A stretch of 37,295 bases of DNA from a virus. Taxonomy: Duplodnaviria > Caudoviricetes. Under the pieces are notes generated by a model that did no database searches, was not told the origin of the DNA, and worked only from the letters and a program-made list of their open reading frames with translations. A program made the position numbers and the translations under genes. Below, piece after piece: positions 32,400-37,295 of the stretch. Each line of letters begins with the position of its first letter. Position 1 is the first letter of the stretch. Where the stretch lies: positions 1-37,295 of the IMG/VR virus record IMGVR_UViG_3300022670_000360; one strand, given 5' to 3'.

Positions 32400-33336
32400 T
32401 TTAACCGGCACCTCACCGTCAAATACCTATAAGGATTTGCTACAGGTTCCTAACTCAAACTCTGGCATAGACGGAACATTGCGGACTATGCAAGACGGAG
32501 AGGGTACGAACAGTACCGTCCAATTCTCCACAACTGCGTTCAATATTCTGGCTACTGCGACATGGACATCGGCAGCCGATCTTTCGTTTAGCCAAGCTAA
32601 CCCGAATTTGTTTGGCGCTGATACTAATGGTGTCTTTTCAATTTCCAGCGGTGTCACAGCTATCCTTGGCAGTAATGTCAAGATGTACGGCGATACCCAT
32701 GCTTCGAAGGCTGATGATTTTGAGGTTTTTGGCTCCGCTACACTCCAACTGTTATATGATGATAGTGCTTCGATATGGAACTTCCAAGCCAATGCTATTA
32801 CAACAAGTGGCGCTATTGACGGGGCTAATTTAGACGGTATTTTAGGGGCCAATACTCCGGCGGCTGTAACCGCGACTAGCGGTACGTTCTCCGGCACAGT
32901 GCAGAAGAACGGGACGCATCCGGCGTTTTTGGCGCGTAATAGCGTCACCGATACAGACGCCACGGGCGACGGAACCGCAGTAACAGTTGACTTCGATACT
33001 GAAGTTATCGACCAAGGCGGAAATTTTGCGACGGATACCTTCACGGCTCCAGTCACGGGGCTGTATGCTCTTTCTACTAGCGTGCTCGTGAGCGATCTGG
33101 GTGCAGGTCATACAACCTATCAACTTCAAATAATTACATCAAACAGGACTTATGAAATTTTGCTTTGTGATGGTGCCGCTGTTTCTAGCTCTGGCGCACT
33201 TTTGAGGGTTGCTGGCACAATAATGGCGGATATGGACGCTTCTGATACAGCATTTGTTCGCCTGACAGTAACAGGAAGCACAAAAACGGTAGACATAGGG
33301 TCTGGTTCTGTATTTGGGGGCCATCTTGCAGCATAA
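32392..33336 (+). CDS. Tail fibre/spike with C-terminal C1q-like domain
   Basis: PAF.A...V.FD.E..D.GGNF...TFTAPV.GLY. Confidence 0.78.
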   Translation: MADLTGTSPSNTYKDLLQVPNSNSGIDGTLRTMQDGEGTNSTVQFSTTAFNILATATWTSAADLSFSQANPNLFGADTNGVFSISSGVTAILGSNVKMYGDTHASKADDFEVFGSATLQLLYDDSASIWNFQANAITTSGAIDGANLDGILGANTPAAVTATSGTFSGTVQKNGTHPAFLARNSVTDTDATGDGTAVTVDFDTEVIDQGGNFATDTFTAPVTGLYALSTSVLVSDLGAGHTTYQLQIITSNRTYEILLCDGAAVSSSGALLRVAGTIMADMDASDTAFVRLTVTGSTKTVDIGSGSVFGGHLAA

Positions 33337-33355
33337 GGAAATAAAGGGCTGAAAA

Positions 33356-33787
33356 ATGATCCCACAGGCTGAAAATAAGGGCGTCTATGTAGCACATGGT
33401 TGCGATGATATGGTCCGGCTATGGGTATCCCGTGAGCTTGGTATGGAGATACAGGGTGCTGTAAAATGCATGGGTATTATGCGCGGTGAACAACTGGTAG
33501 GCGGAGTGGTTTTGCACAATTACAAAGGCCATATGGTTGAATGCACTTTTGCCACGATTAATAACCGCTGGTGTACGCGGGATGGCTTGAAGCAGTTTTT
33601 TGATTATATTTTTAACCAATTGGGTTGTGTGCGGGTTCATGGGTTATGCGCGAGAAAGAACAAGAAGATGCGGAAGTTGTTTACCGGCCTGGGGTTTAAA
33701 TATGAAGGATGCCATAAAAAGGCGTTTGATGGTGTCCGTGATGCAATGAGCTATGCAATGCTCAAAAATGAATGTAGGTGGATATAA
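33356..33787 (+). CDS. GNAT-family acetyltransferase
   Basis: F.Y.F.QLGC.RV......N.K.......LGFKYEG. Confidence 0.85.
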   Translation: MIPQAENKGVYVAHGCDDMVRLWVSRELGMEIQGAVKCMGIMRGEQLVGGVVLHNYKGHMVECTFATINNRWCTRDGLKQFFDYIFNQLGCVRVHGLCARKNKKMRKLFTGLGFKYEGCHKKAFDGVRDAMSYAMLKNECRWI

Positions 33788-34374
33788 TGGTTAGCGCACC
33801 AGACATACAATTTCCTGATCCTGTAGACCCCACTAATCTGGCGAGGGAGCAAGGCACACAAAACCTGCAAGCTGCTATCGCAACAGCGTTACTCAACCAG
33901 CAAAATCAAGTTGGGCCTTTTGGGACTGTGAGCTTTACGCAGAACCAACCCACAGGGGGTGGTGGCTTACAACCTCAGATATTCGGCACTCCACAACGAA
34001 TTGGAGTCCCACAAATACCTCCCAATCTTGGTGGTGGTCCTCTCGGTGGGCCGGGACAAGCATTTTTCGGTGGTCAAATGGGTCCGTTTGGCGATGTAGG
34101 CGCAGAAGGCGCAGGACCGCTTGGCGGCTTTACTGGCGGAGCTGGTTTAGGTGTTCCTACCGGAGGTGGGTTTGGTGGTCAGTTTGGCGGTGGTGGAGGT
34201 GGGTTTAATATTGGAGGTATCAATATTCCACAGTTTACACGAACAACTACGTTAACCCCTGCCGCGCAGGCACAACTGGAAGCCTCACAGGGTCTAGGGC
34301 GTGATGTAACTCAGCTCGCCGGGCAGAACGTAGAAGCTGTGAGACGGGCACAACAAGGGGGGGCTTGGCTTTGA
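33787..34374 (+). CDS. N-terminal part of putative ejection/pilot protein
   Basis: TAATG-coupled ATG at 33787; PD....A..QG..N...NQ.GPFG; ends at CTT TGA after a G7 run. Confidence 0.7.
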   Translation: MVSAPDIQFPDPVDPTNLAREQGTQNLQAAIATALLNQQNQVGPFGTVSFTQNQPTGGGGLQPQIFGTPQRIGVPQIPPNLGGGPLGGPGQAFFGGQMGPFGDVGAEGAGPLGGFTGGAGLGVPTGGGFGGQFGGGGGGFNIGGINIPQFTRTTTLTPAAQAQLEASQGLGRDVTQLAGQNVEAVRRAQQGGAWL

Positions 34375-35476
34375 AGGATTGCCTTTATCCGTATCTGGTA
34401 TTAACGCGGCGCCTATTAGTGGTTTCCAGGCCCCCGGAGGAGCAATCCAGTCAACATTAAGACAGTTTGACCCGCAAGCTGGTATTCAAACACAAGGTTT
34501 ATTTGGTTTGGGTGGTGATTTCGCAGATGAGGCGCGTAGTCTTGAACAGGCTACTTTCCAGCGGGGGCGCAGTCTGCTTGAGCCGGGTTTTTCGCAACAG
34601 CAGGAACAGGCTGAAATCCGTCTTGCTGAAAGAGGGTTGCCGTTAAGTTCGCAGGCAGCACAAGGTATTTTAGGCGGTCTTCAAACGGCACGTGGGCGCA
34701 CTCTGAACGAGTTAGCCTTAAGTTCGGTAGCGGCGGGCAGACAGGAACAGGAACGGCTGTCTCAGCAGAGAGCCCGTTTGAGAGGCCAACAGTTTGGTGA
34801 ACGCACTACTCAATTCGGTGCGGTAGGGCAGGCTGCGGGGCAGAGGTTTGGACAAGGCTTGGCTACCGGGCAGTTCGGGCAGCAAGCGCAGGCACAGCAA
34901 TTCCAACAGGCAGCATTGGGTAATCAGCTTGGTTTGGGCGCACAGGCACAGAGTTTCCAGCAGGCTCAGGTTAACGCAGCCATACAGAACGCTGCCCGGG
35001 CATCAGGTTTTCAGGAACGTGCTTTTCTACGCAATGTCCCGATTAATGATATTGCTGCGCTTCTTGGCACGGCTCCCGGTGTTCAGTTGCCTCAGTTCCA
35101 GCCAACGCCTAATGTTGGGGTAGCTGCTCCTGATTTGATAGGTGCTACGTTAGGAGCAGGACAGATAGGAACCCAGAGGGGGCAAATACAGGCAGGGGCT
35201 AATAACGCGCTCCTTGGTGGTTTGTTTGGGTTAGCGGGCGATATTGGAGGCGCTGCTCTTTTCGCCTCTGACATTCGTGTTAAGGATAATATTAAACGGA
35301 TCGGTCTTGTAAACGGTATCCCACTTTATAAATTCCGTTATAAAGGCGAGAATGAGGAAACCCTTGGTGTAATGGCACAGGAAGTTGAACAATGGATGCC
35401 TGATGCTGTCTTTGAAATAGACGGGATCAAACATGTTGATTACAGTATGATTTTGGAGGTTCAGGGCCATGGCTGA
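34364..35476 (+). CDS. C-terminal part (+1 frame) of the same protein, ending in a peptidase S74-like chaperone domain
   Basis: Q/G/A-rich; SDIRVKDNI..IG...LY.FRY...GVMAQEV...P.AV....G...VDY; +1 frame is open across the upstream stop. Confidence 0.75.
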   Translation, partial: LGFEGLPLSVSGINAAPISGFQAPGGAIQSTLRQFDPQAGIQTQGLFGLGGDFADEARSLEQATFQRGRSLLEPGFSQQQEQAEIRLAERGLPLSSQAAQGILGGLQTARGRTLNELALSSVAAGRQEQERLSQQRARLRGQQFGERTTQFGAVGQAAGQRFGQGLATGQFGQQAQAQQFQQAALGNQLGLGAQAQSFQQAQVNAAIQNAARASGFQERAFLRNVPINDIAALLGTAPGVQLPQFQPTPNVGVAAPDLIGATLGAGQIGTQRGQIQAGANNALLGGLFGLAGDIGGAALFASDIRVKDNIKRIGLVNGIPLYKFRYKGENEETLGVMAQEVEQWMPDAVFEIDGIKHVDYSMILEVQGHG

Positions 35477-37007
35477 TGGATTCCTGCATACAGGGCCTAC
35501 GCGATCACAACTTGTAGCCCAGTTATTGGCACAAGGGCGGCGTGAGTTCCCACAGCAGATACAGTCTGTAGGAGAGGGGTTCGCCCGTACAGGATCACGC
35601 CTGATTGACGCTTTCTTGCAACGCAGGGCTATTGATGAGCAACTTGCCCAACAGGAAGCGTCTCAAGCAAACTTCAGGGCTGCTTTTGCGCCCAGAGATG
35701 TAGAAGTAGGTACTCTCCAAGCTGGGTTGGGGCAAGCCCCATCACTGCAAGGGCAAGTACCAGGTTCAGAGGCATTGCTTGCTGATGCGTTAGCTAGTGC
35801 TAGAGTGCCTCCTGTAGGACAGACTGGAGGCGGGGCATTATTGGCTGCACTTTCACAGCAGCAAGTTGCCCCCGCGGGTGATCTAGGCCTCACTGCCGGG
35901 GGTGCTGCACCACAACTGACTGTGCCTGATTTAAGGGTAGGCCCAACTGAAACCATAAGCAGACAGCCCACAATCCAAGAAACAGGGCAACAGCTTCTAC
36001 AAGACCCAGCAACGGCAGAGTTCGGGGCCCAGACATTGCTGGCTGAACGTGCAAGATTACAGGGATTAGAGGAATCTCGGCTTAATAGAATAAGAGAGAG
36101 AGGCGACTTTGTGTTTGAGGCCGGGGTCACCGCAGGGTTCCGTGAACCTCGGGCTCCAAATTTAATCGAGGTGACTAGAGTGGATGGGGGCATTGAGTTG
36201 CTTAATGAAAATAACCCCGCAGAAGCGCGCCGTGCCCAAGAACTTGTTAGCGCAGGGGGCAGGCTTACGGAAACGCGTACAGCAACAGGGAGGCCTGGAG
36301 AATTTGGCGGTCCCAGTGATCCCCGTTCTATTGTAGCAGCCAATGTCAACAATGCAAACCAACTTGCTTTTGTAAATAGTCAAATCCTTGATAATTTGGG
36401 ACCGGGCGCGTTTACCAGCGCAGCATTAGGCGGTGGTTTGCAATCTCTCGCTACTGGTCTTGTTGCTGAGTTGCAAGCCGGGGCATCTACTCTGTTCGGC
36501 ACCCCTGTTGACGAAATAGCAACACAAGATGATTTGATCGCCGGTTCGCTTGATACTATAGAAGATATAATGGGTGATGTTACTGATTTACAATTGGGTG
36601 CATTAAGCAGAGAACAATACAGATCCGCCATGAACTCCTTGGGTTATACGATAGCCTTCATCAACAACCCAGATGGCCGTATTAGCGAGCCTGATTTCCA
36701 GAATGCGTTGCGACAGATTGGTGGTAACTTGTCTGATCCTGTTGTGGTGCGCGGTGTTCTTGAAAGTGCCTATGATAGAGGCATTAACAGGATACGAGGC
36801 ACTATAAGGACCAGCGCGAGCTTCCTGAACGCCAAGCAGACTAATCGTGATCTTACGGTCGACCAACATATTGAAGATTTAGGATTGTCGTTTGACCAAA
36901 ACCCCTTTGAAACGCCTACTGCTCAATTTGAAGAGGGACAGACCGCAACGAACGCCCAAGGCCAGCGAATTATCTTTCGTAACGGTCAATGGGTTCCTGT
37001 AGGATAA
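35469..37007 (+). CDS. Putative internal virion/ejection protein
   Basis: GGAGG RBS; helical A/G/Q-rich; C-terminal GQTATN..G.RI.F.NGQW motif. Confidence 0.7.
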   Translation: MADGFLHTGPTRSQLVAQLLAQGRREFPQQIQSVGEGFARTGSRLIDAFLQRRAIDEQLAQQEASQANFRAAFAPRDVEVGTLQAGLGQAPSLQGQVPGSEALLADALASARVPPVGQTGGGALLAALSQQQVAPAGDLGLTAGGAAPQLTVPDLRVGPTETISRQPTIQETGQQLLQDPATAEFGAQTLLAERARLQGLEESRLNRIRERGDFVFEAGVTAGFREPRAPNLIEVTRVDGGIELLNENNPAEARRAQELVSAGGRLTETRTATGRPGEFGGPSDPRSIVAANVNNANQLAFVNSQILDNLGPGAFTSAALGGGLQSLATGLVAELQAGASTLFGTPVDEIATQDDLIAGSLDTIEDIMGDVTDLQLGALSREQYRSAMNSLGYTIAFINNPDGRISEPDFQNALRQIGGNLSDPVVVRGVLESAYDRGINRIRGTIRTSASFLNAKQTNRDLTVDQHIEDLGLSFDQNPFETPTAQFEEGQTATNAQGQRIIFRNGQWVPVG

Positions 37008-37010
37008 GAT

Positions 37011-37295
37011 ATGGTACACAACTTACCACAAGGATTTGTCTTAGACGAAGCACAAACAGGGCTTCCTGAAGGGTTTGCTATTGACACGCCGGGATTAGAC
37101 CCGAACAGCCCTGCCGCCTTTACACAAAGGATAGCCGAACGCCAGGCCGACCCAAGAACGAATCAGCAAATATTAGCAGAACAACAACAAGCCGGGGAAG
37201 AACGCGAGCGCCAGTTTGCCCGTGATAACCCGTTGGGTACTCAGCTTGTTGAGGCGTTTGTTGACCCGCGCCTTGATATAGGGCTTGATACCCAG
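37011..37295 (+). CDS. N-terminal part of the ejection protein that continues at position 1
   Basis: AGGA RBS; MVHNLPQGFVLDEAQTGLPEGFAID...; no stop before the window end. Confidence 0.8.
   Translation, partial: MVHNLPQGFVLDEAQTGLPEGFAIDTPGLDPNSPAAFTQRIAERQADPRTNQQILAEQQQAGEERERQFARDNPLGTQLVEAFVDPRLDIGLDTQ
37168..37295. repeat. Terminal direct repeat, right copy
   Basis: Same 128 nt as 1-128 with one synonymous mismatch (GGC/GGT Gly). Confidence 0.95.

Noticed and set aside
21311-37007. Numerous antisense ORFs in the structural region (e.g. 25173-25718, 32427-33056, 35663-36352)
   Set aside because: Shadow frames of well-supported plus-strand genes, without RBS or motifs
1-37295. tRNA, tmRNA or rRNA genes
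   Set aside because: No cloverleaf with a T-loop and acceptor stem noticed in the intergenic gaps by eye; tRNAscan-SE or ARAGORN would be decisive

Overview
This window is an apparently complete, circularly permuted tailed dsDNA phage genome of about 37.17 kb. Bases 1-128 recur at 37168-37295 with one mismatch, and one gene runs across that junction. The gene content suggests podovirus morphology: terS/terL, portal, scaffold, major capsid, adaptor, nozzle, a C1q-domain fibre, a GNAT and three putative ejection proteins, with no tape measure. It also has an M15 endolysin/holin/spanin lysis block (Gram-negative host) and a lambdoid-style recombination/replication block (SSAP, SSB-like, NinB, Cro-like, DnaA-CTD, HNH, MTase, RusA). 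I recognised no integrase, CI, polymerase, primase or helicase. The most unusual elements are: (1) a ~5.7 kb island (10742-16436) in which two divergent arrays of small genes, each with its own repeated boundary motif (8x AACGCCCG-type sites leftward, 14x ATGAGC starts rightward), flank a degenerate serine-recombinase-like gene, resembling an integron-like cassette system; (2) a ~630 nt densely base-paired putative ncRNA (8307-8930) directly upstream of an HNH nuclease and a replication-initiator fragment lacking its DNA-binding domain; (3) a CMP-nonulosonate synthetase (PseF/NeuA) plus a sialyltransferase/Maf-like gene inside the capsid operon, suggesting virion glycosylation; (4) a possible prfB-type +1 frameshift in an ejection protein; (5) several unannotated micro-ORFs in the lysis block. 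All family calls come from motif recognition by eye; no database searches or folding programs were run.
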